A stretch of DNA of 63,274 nt, filler included, from an uncultured bacterium (GCA_964632485.1; 4 parts of 4 records of this genome joined end to end with filler, not necessarily neighbours in it); one strand, 5' to 3'. Counted from the whole stretch's first letter, positions 18,674 through 30,500 are shown. Translations and numbers: made by a program. The notes: generated by a model from the sequence alone, not told the origin.

Positions 18674-20197
18674 TCAATTCACGAGCCAGTCGCCGATATT
18701 GCGGTCCTCGCGCGAAAAACCAACGCCCAGCTTCACCACTTCCCGGCCGTCCGCCTTATAGGCAAGGCCGTAGTCCCGTTCCTCAATCTGCTTCATAGCT
18801 TCCTCCGCCGTCCCCAGCTTGAACTCCATCACATAGACGCGCCGCTTCGTCTCCACCACCGCATCGATCCGCCCTTTGCTCGTTTGGACCTCGCACGCCA
18901 GACGAACGCCGAGGAGCTTCAGGGCGATGTAGATCACCGAGTGATAGTAATACTCCAACTGATCGATGAATATCTGGTACGGGATCGAAGCAAACAACGA
19001 CCGCAGGTGGGTGATGAACGATTCCACATCCCCCGCGTTCAACGCCAGATGAATATCCACCATCCACGAATTGACCAGTCCCGATGGCTGCCAGGCGAAT
19101 GCCTCCAGCAGATTGTTCAAAAACGACACCCGCACCTCTTCGTTCGGGTAGCTCAGGTAATAAATATCATCCTCGACCTTTTTAATTGTCAGGTACCCGG
19201 TCTGAAACAGCAGGGAGTAAATATCCAAACGCCGCAACTCGAACTTGTCGAAAAACGACTGGCTCACCGCCAGATTCGAGAGCTTCGCCACCTCGATCTG
19301 CTGGTCGCGGATCGCCTCCACCAGAAACGTCGGCGTGCCCGTGGTGAACCAAAAATTCTGAAACACTCTGTCATGCAGAAGTTTGAGAACAGAAAACGGA
19401 TTATGGACAAAATGACGCCCATCCCAGCTATAGCCGTTGTACATGGTCTTCAAGAGCCCCCAGACCGCATCCTCGCCCCCCATTTGACTTTCCGCGACCA
19501 GAGGGATATAGTCGCCGTAATACTCATGGATTTCCGTTTCCGTATAACCCAACAAGGTTGCGTACGGCGGAGAGATCGTGATGTCGTTGAGGTTGTTCAG
19601 ATCGCTGAAGATGGAAACCTTGCTGAATTTGGAAACCCCGGTGACAAATACGAAGCGCAGGCGCTCGTCCAGCCCCTTGATCCCCGAATAGAAGTTTTTC
19701 AGGATATCGCGGTTGGCCTCGGCCTGATCCAGGTCGGTCAGATAGTCGATGATCGGCTTGTCGTACTCGTCGATCAGCAAAACCACTTTCGCCTCGCTGG
19801 AAAGTGTCTCGATCAACTCGATCAGTTTCCCGCCATAAGCGGGATTTTTCAGCTCTACCCCATAATCCCCCGCCAATTGATCCAGATAATAATGTAAAGC
19901 AGGTTCCAGGCCTTGCTCCCGGTACTGGATCTGGGTGAAATCGATATGGATCACCGGGTGAACCGGCCAGTCAATTTTGTCGTAAATCCAGGTCTCGCGA
20001 AACAGTTCGCGATTGCCAGTGAAAATTTCCTTGAGAGTGGAAACCAGCAGGGATTTGCCGAAGCGTCGCGGTCGGGAAAGGAAAAAATACCCGGCAGAAC
20101 TGAGCAGTTGGTAAATCAGCGGGGTTTTGTCTATGTAGATAAACCCTTCCGAGATCAATTTGGAAAAGGATTGGATGCCAATGCCGAGTTTCTTCAT
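18674..20197 (-). CDS. AAA-ATPase-like protein with C-terminal PD-(D/E)XK nuclease (PDDEXK_9-type) domain
   Basis: LSRPRRFGKSL (Walker A), LLIDEYDKP (Walker B), SDLNNL, EYYYH...GRIDAVV...VMEFK...QIEERDY. Confidence 0.93.
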   Translation of the reverse strand: MKKLGIGIQSFSKLISEGFIYIDKTPLIYQLLSSAGYFFLSRPRRFGKSLLVSTLKEIFTGNRELFRETWIYDKIDWPVHPVIHIDFTQIQYREQGLEPALHYYLDQLAGDYGVELKNPAYGGKLIELIETLSSEAKVVLLIDEYDKPIIDYLTDLDQAEANRDILKNFYSGIKGLDERLRFVFVTGVSKFSKVSIFSDLNNLNDITISPPYATLLGYTETEIHEYYGDYIPLVAESQMGGEDAVWGLLKTMYNGYSWDGRHFVHNPFSVLKLLHDRVFQNFWFTTGTPTFLVEAIRDQQIEVAKLSNLAVSQSFFDKFELRRLDIYSLLFQTGYLTIKKVEDDIYYLSYPNEEVRVSFLNNLLEAFAWQPSGLVNSWMVDIHLALNAGDVESFITHLRSLFASIPYQIFIDQLEYYYHSVIYIALKLLGVRLACEVQTSKGRIDAVVETKRRVYVMEFKLGTAEEAMKQIEERDYGLAYKADGREVVKLGVGFSREDRNIGDWLVN

Positions 20198-20270
20198 AAT
20201 GGTAATATATGTAATAACCTGGAAAATGCAAGTAAAATGTTAGCGGGATTGATTTTGAGGGAACTGCCCA

Positions 20271-20391
20271 CCGCCAATCCCAATTGGCGGTATCCATGGG
20301 TCAACAGCGTCATGCCGGGCTCGATCCGGTATCCATGGGTAACGGGCATTCCTTTTCTACCAGTAGACTCCGGATTAAGTCCGGAGGGACA
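20271..20391. repeat. CGTC-type REP inverted pair with an adjacent mini-hairpin
   Basis: CCGCCAAT-CCCA-ATTGGCGG (20271-20290) fused to TATCCATGGG; CGTCATGCCGGGCTCGATCCGGTATCCATGGG (20308-20339); degenerate inverted copy at 20363-20391. Confidence 0.75.
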
Positions 20392-20645
20392 AGATAAAAT
20401 TAGTACGTGGATGCCGAAGCGATGTCAGACATGATACTCGCGGTATTGGATACCGGCCGTACTGGCAATCGCTGTCCGACATAAGCGCGGTGGTTCACCC
20501 TCCGATACCGGTATGCGGGCCGGTGCGACCGGCAGACAGAATGCCTTGTAAGGACCTTTGCTTGAAAATGCGTTGATCGAACATAACATTCTGAATGCCA
20601 ATCGGGGAATGCCGATATGGGTAGACGCAGGATTACGTAGAAGAA

Positions 20646-21165
20646 TTATAGGCGCCAGTTCATGCTCAGGGTCAGGGCCGTAAAACTGTCCCAATCATAG
20701 ATAGCGGTGGTATAGGTCGGTTGCAGCATATGCGCGATGTTCACCTGAATGGTCAAGGGAATTTTATGTTTCAGCAATAGATCGAGCGGCAAGCGGAAAC
20801 CCAATCCATAGGTAAAATCAGTCAATTCACCACAAGAGGTTTCGTAGTGGGGATTCAGAGTAAAATGATAATACCCTATCCGCGCATTAATCATCTCCAG
20901 AAGCGAAAATTCTGCGCCTGTTTTCCAGCCGGTTCGATAGCGATAATCCAGGCGGTCATCGTATTCCAAGGTTAGGGAAAGCCCAATCAGATACAAGCCG
21001 GACCGGGCCTCCTGACGCATAAAGCGCGACTCATAGCCCCGCCGATCCTCAATTCACAGGGCAAAGGCGCGTCCAGTTCAGCGGTCGGCTCTACAAATTT
21101 ATGGCCGATAGCGGATTGGAACACATTTTTGACGCTCATCCCCAGCGTCAAATTATGCGTCCAGC
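20646..21165 (-). pseudogene. PorV/PorQ-like beta-barrel remnant (copy 2, C-terminal half)
   Basis: Near-identical peptide to copy 1 (LEYDDRLDYRYRTGWK...DFTYGLGFRLP...NWRL); frameshifted upstream part reads GMSVKNVF...LPCELRIG. Confidence 0.75.
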
Positions 21166-21167
21166 AA

Positions 21168-21555
21168 TCACTCCGCCCAATTGTTGATCAGCTCGCTAAG
21201 TATAATTCCCAGCGTGGTCAGCATTTTGACAACCAGGACAATATCCTCGACATCGACGTCGATTTTGACCTTTGATTGGTTGGGGTTGATAGCCGCGATG
21301 CCTTCCACCAAAACCGGGATATACTCGCGAATGGACAAATTTTGCAGGTCATCGGCCTGAAAGAGTCTATCATAAAGGGTCATCATGCTTTCCACCCGGG
21401 CGGCGGCATCAGTTAAAATAGCGCGTGTGGTTTTATCGGCTGTATGCATTGGTTGAACGGAAAGAAATCCATAGATGATGTTCATATTTTTTTTGATAAA
21501 GTGGTGGGTCTCCTTGAGAATCAACTCCTTTTCCGCCAGGAGGGAGCAAATTTAG
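21168..21555 (-). pseudogene. HisKA_2-type histidine kinase fragment (degenerate H box to N box)
   Basis: LLAEKELILKETHHFIKKNM...RVESMMTLYDRLF...KMLTTLGIILSELINN, then an abrupt end. Confidence 0.8.
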
Positions 21556-21559
21556 GCTA

Positions 21560-22975
21560 CGCTTTCCCTAATAGCTTGCTCCGCTCGCAAACGGCACTCG
21601 GCGACGAGCTGAACTCGTTTTTTTCCGGGATCGATATTGGCGACTACATGGAGATCGCGTCCGGAATCATGGGCGACGCGACGCTCTCCGGGCTCGAAGA
21701 TATGCTCGCGCAACTGACCATGCTATCAGAATCGGGAATGGAGTTCAACTGGCAAGGAAACGTAACCCAGCAAGCGCAAGCCCTGTACAATCAAATCACT
21801 GACATCGAACGCCAAATCAACCAGGTTTACGGCGCAAACGGCGTGTAGGACAATTTGTCCGACTCGGTGATCGAAGGCGAGCGCTCGGGTATCGCCGAAT
21901 GGGAGACAACCTGGGGCTATATAATTCAATACAATCGGGACATGCTCGAAGCGTCCGGCGTGGATATCGACGCTTTTATAGAAAGTTTAAAATATCTGCC
22001 GATCGACGATTGGGACAACGCCTGGCAGGCTTTCTCTGGCGTGTTCAGCGCGTAAATGACGGATATGTTCACACAATGGGCCGATCTCGATGGCATTATC
22101 GCCGCCATCGAAGTATCCGCGGGCGATGCCGCGCAGGACACCGCCGTCGTCGTCCATGAGATGGGATCGGAAATTTCCGATGCGCTGAACGAAGCTGAAA
22201 GTTCCACCCGGGATTATGCCGCTGCCATCGAAGAAGCTATAAGCGGTCTGAGCGTGGAAGACCAGATCGCCGAATTGCAGCGCATGGCAGAAGCCAATGC
22301 CGCCTACTACGGCGCGCTGTACGACCAGGTCGACACGGCGGCGAATATGATCGAAACCATATTGCGCGTCCAGATCAAAATGCAGCTCGCTGGGATCGAG
22401 CATGTTATCGAAAAACTGAATGAACGCTACAAGCTGGAAATGACTCTCATCCGCAATAATAACTCCAAACTCGAAACGGGGGCTCTCCGCCTATTTCGGC
22501 GCTATCGCCGACATGGCCGAAGCCACGGCGGAAGAAGCCGCCGAGATCGCGCGCCGCTACAACGAGGAACAGCTCGAGAACCTGGCGTCGGTCAACGCAG
22601 CCAATCAGAAAATTATCGAGTACAAGCTCCAGGGCGCGAATCTGACTCTACAGGAAAGACACGATGTGGAAATTTTTCTCACGGGGCTTTCCTCGGTTAC
22701 AGATGAGCAGACTAAACAGAACCTTCTGCTCGAATTCGCCGCCGCTATGCGCGAAAAGGGCATTGAAATAAATCTCCAGGATTACCAGACGCTGCTTCTT
22801 AAACAGGACTTGACCTATCAAGAAATCGAAGCCCTGCAGGAAAAACGCGCGCTGGGCGAGGAAGCTTTCCGGTATATGAAAGAGGATCTCGACATTCAGC
22901 GCCATTCCCGAACTCATGTCCGCCGCGCCCGTGATCTACCTCACCGTTTCCGGCAATACCTTCCGCGACCACTCC
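21560..22975 (+). pseudogene. Degraded long coiled-coil gene, phage tape-measure-like C-terminal part
   Basis: ORFs 21444, 21855 and 22056 share one frame and are split only by single stops (21846, 22053), then shift to frame 22513. Helical A/E/Q-rich sequence ends in a beta-like APVIYLTVSGNTF in a further frame. Confidence 0.55.
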
Positions 22976-23049
22976 GAACTCGATTACCTTGTCGACTAGT
23001 GCTCTGTCATAAAAATTATTTAACTTTTAAAGGGTGGCCAGTATATTTC

Positions 23050-23149
23050 NNNNNNNNNNNNNNNNNNNNNNNNNNNNNNNNNNNNNNNNNNNNTTAATTA
23101 ATTAANNNNNNNNNNNNNNNNNNNNNNNNNNNNNNNNNNNNNNNNNNNN
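23050..23149. other. Artificial contig spacer
   Basis: N-run, TTAATTAATTAA (stops in all frames), N-run. Confidence 0.98.
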
Positions 23150-24146
23150 CTTTGTAGGTATCGGTGATCCGGGGCGGAATATCGCCTTTACTGATGCGGT
23201 CAACATACTCGGCGGCCATATTCAAGGGACCGATCACCGAATCGAGGGTACCGTTGACGCCTTCCACGATCTTGCGGAAATCGCCCTGGTGCTTCACGGC
23301 GTCGGCGCGCACATCCAGCTTGCCCTCTATCGCAGCTTTGCCGAGCATATTGGTTTCATCCACCAGAGCCTTGATACGTTCAACCATCGTTTTTAAAGCA
23401 GACAGCAGAGTACCGGTCTCATCACGCCGATCCACATCGATGACGATGTTAGTATCCCCCTGAGCGACATGGTTGGCGATGTCCACACAGCGATTAACCG
23501 GCGCCACGATGCTGCGGGTGATAAATATCGCTAAAATAATCGTCAAAACAACAGCCACCAGGCCCAGCAGGATCATGATCATAGCGGCAGAATTCGCCGC
23601 TGAAGCCGTATTGCTTGAATCGCTTTTCGCCAGTTCAGTCTGATACGCGATTAAGGCATTGACGGCTTCAATATATTGACCCTGAATCACGCGATACTCG
23701 CCCAATAAAAGATTCCGGGCTTCGTCGCGCCGGTTCTGGCGAATATCATCTCTAATATTGTCTTGCAATTCGATATAACTAGCGCGAATGGACGAGATCG
23801 CCTTCATCCGCGACTGACCCGCTTCGGTTAAAATAGAGCGTGCGAGGGTATCTAAATTAGCCGTGGCGTTCGTCCGGGCGACATCGATGCGCTTGTCCTC
23901 TTTTTTTATCTCTTCTGAGTCATTTAAAATTAACTGGTTGCGCAACGCCCTGGCGATCAAGTTGATATCGTCAATGACCGCATTGGAAAGTTCCATTTTG
24001 GGAATGCGATCAAAGGCAATCAACTCGACATTTTTAGAAAGATTGCCGAATTGAATATAGCCGATAGCAATGATCACGGCCATAAGAATCAACAGAATAA
24101 TAAATCCGAGAGCGAGCCGCATTCCGATTTTCAGATTTTTTAGCAT
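23150..24146 (-). CDS. Methyl-accepting chemotaxis protein (4HB_MCP sensor, TM, poly-HAMP), 3' end cut by the contig end
   Basis: MLKNLKIGMRLALGF; two TM helices; HAMP DETGTL; EGKLDVRADAVKHQGDFRKIVEGVN repeat. Confidence 0.92.
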
Positions 24147-24200
24147 GAAGGCCTCCTTCGTTAATAAAACTAATCGCCTGGCATTCAGGGATAAAAATAC

Positions 24201-24731
24201 TTATTCATTTTCTTCCACGATTTTTTTCAAGTCATCCAGTTCGTCATCATTAAGAATCCGCGCGGTATTGACAATGATCTCCACATTTTCGCCGACCTTG
24301 CCGATACCGGTGATATAGCGGCTGCGGGCTCCCTTGCTGGTCTTGGGCGGCGGGTCGATCTGATTGGCGGGGATATCGAGCACTTCGGCCACTTCATCGA
24401 CAATCAGGCCTGTAGCCGTCTCTTCGAGATTCACGACAATAATGCAGGTGCGGTCCCCATAGGGTTTCTTCGGCAGTTTAAAGCGCGTCCGCACGTCGAT
24501 CACGGGAATCACCTTACCGCGCAGATTGATCACGCCCTCGAGATAATCAGGGGTGTCCGGGATCTCCGTAATCTTTTGTATCCCCACGATCTCCGTTACG
24601 AACTGGATTTCGATGGCATAATACTCCTTGTCGATGTGAAAGGTCAGATACTTGTCTTTTTGCGTATCCTCCTCATCGTCCAGATAATCATCCTCAAGGT
24701 CCAACCGGTCCTTCTTTGGGTCCATTGACAA
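24201..24731 (-). CDS. cheW: Chemotaxis adaptor CheW
   Basis: KYLTF...GVINLRGKVIPVID...GLIVDEV. Confidence 0.95.
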   Translation of the reverse strand: MSMDPKKDRLDLEDDYLDDEEDTQKDKYLTFHIDKEYYAIEIQFVTEIVGIQKITEIPDTPDYLEGVINLRGKVIPVIDVRTRFKLPKKPYGDRTCIIVVNLEETATGLIVDEVAEVLDIPANQIDPPPKTSKGARSRYITGIGKVGENVEIIVNTARILNDDELDDLKKIVEENE

Positions 24732-24738
24732 CTCCTTG

Positions 24739-26982
24739 TTAAACAGGTTTTTCTATCGTGGCCAACACACCATCGATATCAATAATCAATCCGATTTCAC
24801 CGTCATTTAGAATCATACAACCCGAGATCCCCCGTACGCGGCCGATATAATCCGACAATCCTTTGATCACCGTTTGCTGCTGGCCCATGATCTCGTCTAC
24901 GAACAGGCACGCTTTTTTTCCGCGGGATTCCACCATAATCAATATTCCATCCACCAGTTTTTCGTGTTCGGGGGGTTTTTGGAACACTTCATGCATCCGG
25001 ATGACCGAAAACACATCTTCCCGCACCCGAACCAATTCCTGGCCATCCATGGTCAACGTAATGGCCTGGCAAGTCGTTTTGAATGATTCGCAAATCGTCA
25101 AAATGGGAATAGCGTAGCAAGTGGCGCCGATTCGCACCAGCATGACGTCCATAATCGCCAGTGTGAGCGGAATTTTTAGTTTAAATTGAGTGCCCATTCC
25201 GTCTTTCGAATCGATCTCAATCGTTCCGCGAAGCTTTTCAATATTTTTACGCACCACATCCATGCCGACTCCGCGGCCGGAAATCTCCGTAACTTTCTCC
25301 GCCGTGGAAAAACCCGGCTCAAAAATCAGATTCCAAACATCCTTGTCGGACAATTTTTCGGGGTCCTCCCTCACCAATTCCCGTTGGACGGCTTTAGCCA
25401 GAATTCGTTCCCGGTTCAGACCGGCGCCGTCATCTTCGATTACTATCATGATCTCATTGCCTTCATATTCAGCCCTGAGATGAACCGTTCCGGCTTCTTT
25501 CTTCCCCTTGCTTTTACGGATATCCGGCTTTTCGATACCGTGATCAATGGCATTGCGCAGGATATGCACCAGCGGATCCGATATATCTTCTATAATATTC
25601 TTATCCATTTCCGTTTCCTGCCCGCTAATGATCAATTCGATCGGCTTGAGCGATTTTTTAGAGAGGTCCCGCACTAAGCGTTTCATGCGATTGAACAACC
25701 CTTCCAGGGGCATCATGCGTACCGACATCGAAACTTCTTGCAGTTCGCGGCAAATCTTGGTCAGTAATCCCGCTGCCTTGGTAAAATTAGGGAGGTCGAG
25801 ATCGCGCAGGTCCGGATTGTTCGTCACCATCACTTCCGTAGTGATCAGTTCCCCCACCAGATCGAACAACTTGTCCAGTTTGCCGGTATCAACACGGATA
25901 TCTTTCCGTTCAACCATTTGAGGAGCAGCCGTTGGTGGTACTTCGCCGATAGCGGCTGCGGAAATCGCTTGGGTTTTAAAATTTTCCTGGGCGAAAAGGG
26001 CTTTTTCAATCCCTTCGGGAGTCGCTTCACCCATTTCAATTAAAATTTCGCCCAATGGTTTGTAACCTGGAATCCGGCGTTCAAACGATTTCAGTCGATC
26101 CAGCAGCTCGGATTTTTCCGGAATGGACATCGCCTCTTTAGCTGGCATCACAGCGCAAGAATTTAAATTTTTGCGAAATAAATCCATGATATGCAAAACA
26201 ACCGATACTAAATCGGAATCCATGACCTGTTTTCCATTGACCAGGGCATCAAGGATGCTTTCAAGCTCCATGCAGATTTGCTCGATATCCCCAAAACCCA
26301 TAAATCCCGAATCGCCCTTCAGACTGTGGACATTGCGATAAACCGTATGCAAATTCTCAAGATTCTCGGGATTCTTCTCCAAATCCAAAATAATTTTTTC
26401 CGTCTTTTCAATTAACTCAATCGATTCGGAACAATATTTTTCCACCATCTCTTGATTGAGCAGGCTATCTGCGTTAACGCTTTCATCGAAAAAAGCCTCC
26501 AGTTCTGCTGCTGACAACTCCTCTTTAATCCCCCCCCCGGTCAATTCACTGTAGATTGCTTTCAACAAATTAACGGTTTCAGCCGCTTTCTGGTCCAAGC
26601 CCTGATCGCTCATATACTGGTTGACGTGATTAACGCTTAAGCGAATAAAATCAGTGGCCTTATACAACACATCCACCAACGAAGCGTCGGGCACGGCTTT
26701 GCCCTGGCGAAACAGGTCCAACAGGCTTTCTGCTTCATGGGTGACGGTTTTAATCAGATTGAAATTTAAAAAACTGGCTAATCCCTTGAGTGAATGAAAC
26801 AAACGAAACACGCAATTAACAATCTCCGTATAGTTTTCACTTAAAATATCATCCAGTTGAGGCTCGACCTGGTCCAGCATATCCAGTCCCTCGCTGACAA
26901 AAGATGAGATAAATTCCCGGGTGTCTTCATCTACTTCTATGGCAACTGGCTCAGTCTGTGTAATTTGCGTTTCTTGCGTCAT
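24739..26982 (-). CDS. cheA: Chemotaxis histidine kinase CheA with two Hpt domains
   Basis: FRLFHSLKG and YRNVHSLKG; IRVDTGKLD dimerisation domain; HILRNAIDHGIE; SGRGVGMDVV; C-terminal CheW-like domain. Confidence 0.96.
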   Translation of the reverse strand: MTQETQITQTEPVAIEVDEDTREFISSFVSEGLDMLDQVEPQLDDILSENYTEIVNCVFRLFHSLKGLASFLNFNLIKTVTHEAESLLDLFRQGKAVPDASLVDVLYKATDFIRLSVNHVNQYMSDQGLDQKAAETVNLLKAIYSELTGGGIKEELSAAELEAFFDESVNADSLLNQEMVEKYCSESIELIEKTEKIILDLEKNPENLENLHTVYRNVHSLKGDSGFMGFGDIEQICMELESILDALVNGKQVMDSDLVSVVLHIMDLFRKNLNSCAVMPAKEAMSIPEKSELLDRLKSFERRIPGYKPLGEILIEMGEATPEGIEKALFAQENFKTQAISAAAIGEVPPTAAPQMVERKDIRVDTGKLDKLFDLVGELITTEVMVTNNPDLRDLDLPNFTKAAGLLTKICRELQEVSMSVRMMPLEGLFNRMKRLVRDLSKKSLKPIELIISGQETEMDKNIIEDISDPLVHILRNAIDHGIEKPDIRKSKGKKEAGTVHLRAEYEGNEIMIVIEDDGAGLNRERILAKAVQRELVREDPEKLSDKDVWNLIFEPGFSTAEKVTEISGRGVGMDVVRKNIEKLRGTIEIDSKDGMGTQFKLKIPLTLAIMDVMLVRIGATCYAIPILTICESFKTTCQAITLTMDGQELVRVREDVFSVIRMHEVFQKPPEHEKLVDGILIMVESRGKKACLFVDEIMGQQQTVIKGLSDYIGRVRGISGCMILNDGEIGLIIDIDGVLATIEKPV

Positions 26983-27520
26983 AAGAATTCCCTCTATTTA
27001 CAGTTTAAATTTACGTTCATAACGCATCAAAAAAAAACGGACATATCATTTCATCGGATAAACTCTATCCAGTATTTTATGCCACATTCTTTAACAATGA
27101 TACCGACTCCGATCATAAGTTAATCAAATAGAATTTTTAAATATCCATTCTAACATTTTATAATCGACAGAATAACCTACAATCTATAACAAAAATAAAT
27201 ATAAAATAATTGTATGTCAAGTTATTTTTAAAAAAATTAATAATTCTAATACACTATTTTTTTCCATAATCAATTTTGAATATACTCCGGAACTGGAATA
27301 TTTTCACACGAGTGAAATTCGCTCAACTAATAATCGATAAAAACCATTTGCATTTTTATCATTATCTTTTATATTTTCAATGAACCGGGTATTAAAAGGA
27401 ATTGAATCGAATTTGTGTCAGAAAGCGACTTATACCCTTAATTTTAATTATAACTGGATTAGCATTTTCATGAACATCACTATTAAAACGAAAATCAACA
27501 TTTAAAAAAAGAAGGAGCAG

Positions 27521-30500
27521 ATGGCCCGTACAAAATTCGGACAAACATGGTGGGGAGCATATTGGTTGAATGCTTTATCAAATATAGACTATTCCAACCG
27601 GCTGCCACGCGGTCGTTCCTACGCAAATTCGGGAACAGTTTCTCAAATCGATATCAAAAAAAACTGGATTGAGGCATTAGTCAAGGGAAGCCGGCCCAGG
27701 CCTTATCGGGTCAGTATTCGCATCCCTCCCTTCAACCCTCTGCAAAAAATTGAGTTACTCCAGACGATCATCCAAAAGCCTTTGTTGCTGTCAAATCTTC
27801 TGAACGGGCAATTACCCCAGGAGCTGGTCGCATTAATAGAGGAAAAAAAGATACTATTTTTCCCAAATAGCTGGAAAGATTTTAAAATGGAATGTTCATG
27901 CCCTGATTGGGCCGTACCCTGTAAACATATTGCGGCTGTTATTTATCTGATGGCGAATGAGATCGATAAAAATCCCTTTCTTCTATTCGAAATGAAAGAA
28001 TTAAAGATACTGGAAGAATTAAAAAATCTAGGATATACAGTACAGGATGAACAGGATGCGATCCCTTCGATACACGCCAACTGGCTGGACAACGCTCCGA
28101 TTCCGGCCAGCGAAGAAATCGGAATACCGGCTAAATCGATGGAACGAAAAACGCTTGAGCTGTCATCAATTTCAGATCTACTGCCAACCATCCGTATGTT
28201 ATTGGACCCTAAGCCTCTTTTTTTTGAAACTGATTTTCGTCGCAACCTGCTTGATTATTATGCCATAATGCAACGAATGGCCATTCAGTTTCGGAGTGAA
28301 AAGCTGGAGCAAAGCGATGCGCCGGAGGATATGGAATCGCTCGAACCACTGGAATTTTCATCACCCGACGGGGTAACTCCAGACAAACTAATTGCCTATA
28401 GAACCAGCGGCGGCAAACGACGCAAATCTCGCATTGCGTTCCGGAATATATCCCACGCCTGGCTGGATAGGTTCAAGCCCAAAGAATTGCCGCAATTATC
28501 TCCCTTAACGCGCTTGCTCTATTATTACTATCACAGTTCATTGCGTCTCATTGAGCAGGCAGCGTATATTCCCGAAATCACACGTCTCCCCTCTGAAAAA
28601 TATGCTATCCGCTGGATTCCGGCGCTTTTCAATAAAGAAGTGGAAACGCTTGTACGAGAATTAACACAGCAAACCCCACCTAATTTTTTGAAAATCAACT
28701 CTTCAGACGGCAAAATCCATTATCTACCGCATCAGGAACAAACCCTCGCCCTGCTATCCTGGTTTATCGGCGATTGGCTGAAATCCGGTTATTCTTCTCC
28801 CCTGTTCCAGTCCAACGTGGAAAAACTTTTTTTCAATCAAATTCCAATGGCTTTCGACCAAGCAGGGCAAAAACAGGTTCCTCTGAATATCAATCAATGG
28901 CTCAGTAAATTATTTATCGCGCATTCCCGTTATGTGCCGCTATTGGAAATCGAACTGGATGAAAATACACAACCGCGCATGCACCTCATGGCCTATAATA
29001 AGGAAAACTCCCTGGAGCCGCCGATCCCGTTAAAAAATATAATGGAGGATCCAAACTATACTCCCTTGCGCATGGACCTACTGAAAAAAATTAATCCCAT
29101 TGGCTCGGTATTCGCGCCAATTCTGGAACTGATACAGAATAAAGACAAGAATAGCCGCGCTCTCAGCGATACGGAAATCATTGAATTTTTAACCCAGGCA
29201 CTGCCATTATTGCAAAATTTCGGTATTCCCCTGCTTATTCCAAATTCATTCCGAACGCTAATCCGGCCAAAATTGACAATGAGTTTTAGTGATAATGCGA
29301 ATAGCGGAAATAAAAAAAGCTTTTTATCACTTGACCAGATGCTTCAATTCAACTGGCAGGTCGCTTTGGGAGACACAATGGTTTCACCACAAGAATTCGA
29401 ACAACTACTGAAAAAAAGCGGGCAACTGCTCAAATATAAAAACCAGTTTGTGGTTCTGGACCCGAAAGAAATCGCTTTGTTTCTCAAACGTGTGAATAAA
29501 AAATCGACTCTGACTCCTGCCCATAAATTGCAGATTTTCCTCAGTGAAGAATTTGAAGGCGCGCGGGTCGATATTGATCCAAAACTACGGGATAAAATCA
29601 AAAAACTCATGGCGCCCCAGGCTATTGAACTCCCGGGTAATCTAAACGCCCAGCTACGGCCTTACCAGCAACGCGGATTCGAATGGCTCTATGCGAATAT
29701 CCGCTTAGGATTCGGCAGCATCATCGCTGATGACATGGGACTGGGGAAAACGCTACAGGTAATCTGCTTATTACTGAAACTCCAGGAAGAAGGAAAACTT
29801 GCTAAACATCCAGCCCTGGTTGTGGCGCCTACGACACTATTGACAAACTGGATAAAGGAAGTGGAAAAATTTACGTTCGGGTTAACCCTGATCCTCTACC
29901 ATGGCCAGGACCGCAATTTTCCGACAACTGGCTATGATGCCATCATCACTTCCTACGGAATCATCCGGCGCGATCAGGAAAAATTCAATCAACGGCAATG
30001 GTCAGCGCTGATTATCGATGAAGCGCAAAACATCAAAAATCCCACCACCGCACAAACCCAGGCCATAAAAGGCATCAAGGCCAACATCCGAGTCGCGATG
30101 AGCGGAACGCCCGTTGAAAACCGATTGGTTGAATATTGGAGTATCTTCGATTTCATCAACCAGGGTTACTTAGGATCGCGCGAAAATTTTACTAAAGAGT
30201 TTGCCTTGCCCATTGAAATTGACCGCAATGAAAAAAAACTCAACACATTTAAAAAAATTACCGCCCCCTTTATTCTCAGACGCTTAAAAACCGATAAATC
30301 AATCATCGACGATTTACCAGACAAAATCGAAAACAACCAGTACACAACAATGACACCCGAACAAACCTCGATCTACCAAAAAGCCGTTGAACGCTTCATG
30401 GCCATGCTGGAGGGATTGGACGATACCGGGAAGCAAACGAATATCCAACGCCAGGGAATAGTTCTGCAAATGCTTTCCACTCTCAAACAAATCTGCAATC

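Noticed and set aside
18884..19897. 337-aa antisense ORF (likewise 32067-33032, 17194-17802, 51560-52186, 53894-54517)
   Set aside because: Shadow frames opposite well-supported genes, with no recognisable motifs.
3122..21020. Duplicated PorV segments as a DGR template/variable repeat pair
   Set aside because: Differences are not confined to adenines and there is no reverse transcriptase in the window.
21444..22706. Alternative genetic code in the phage-like ORFs
   Set aside because: Both TAG and TAA interrupt the frame and frameshifts also occur; ordinary decay explains it better.
27067..27085. TGGCAT motif upstream of cheA as a sigma54 promoter
   Set aside because: No GC at the -12 position (GG-N10-TG).
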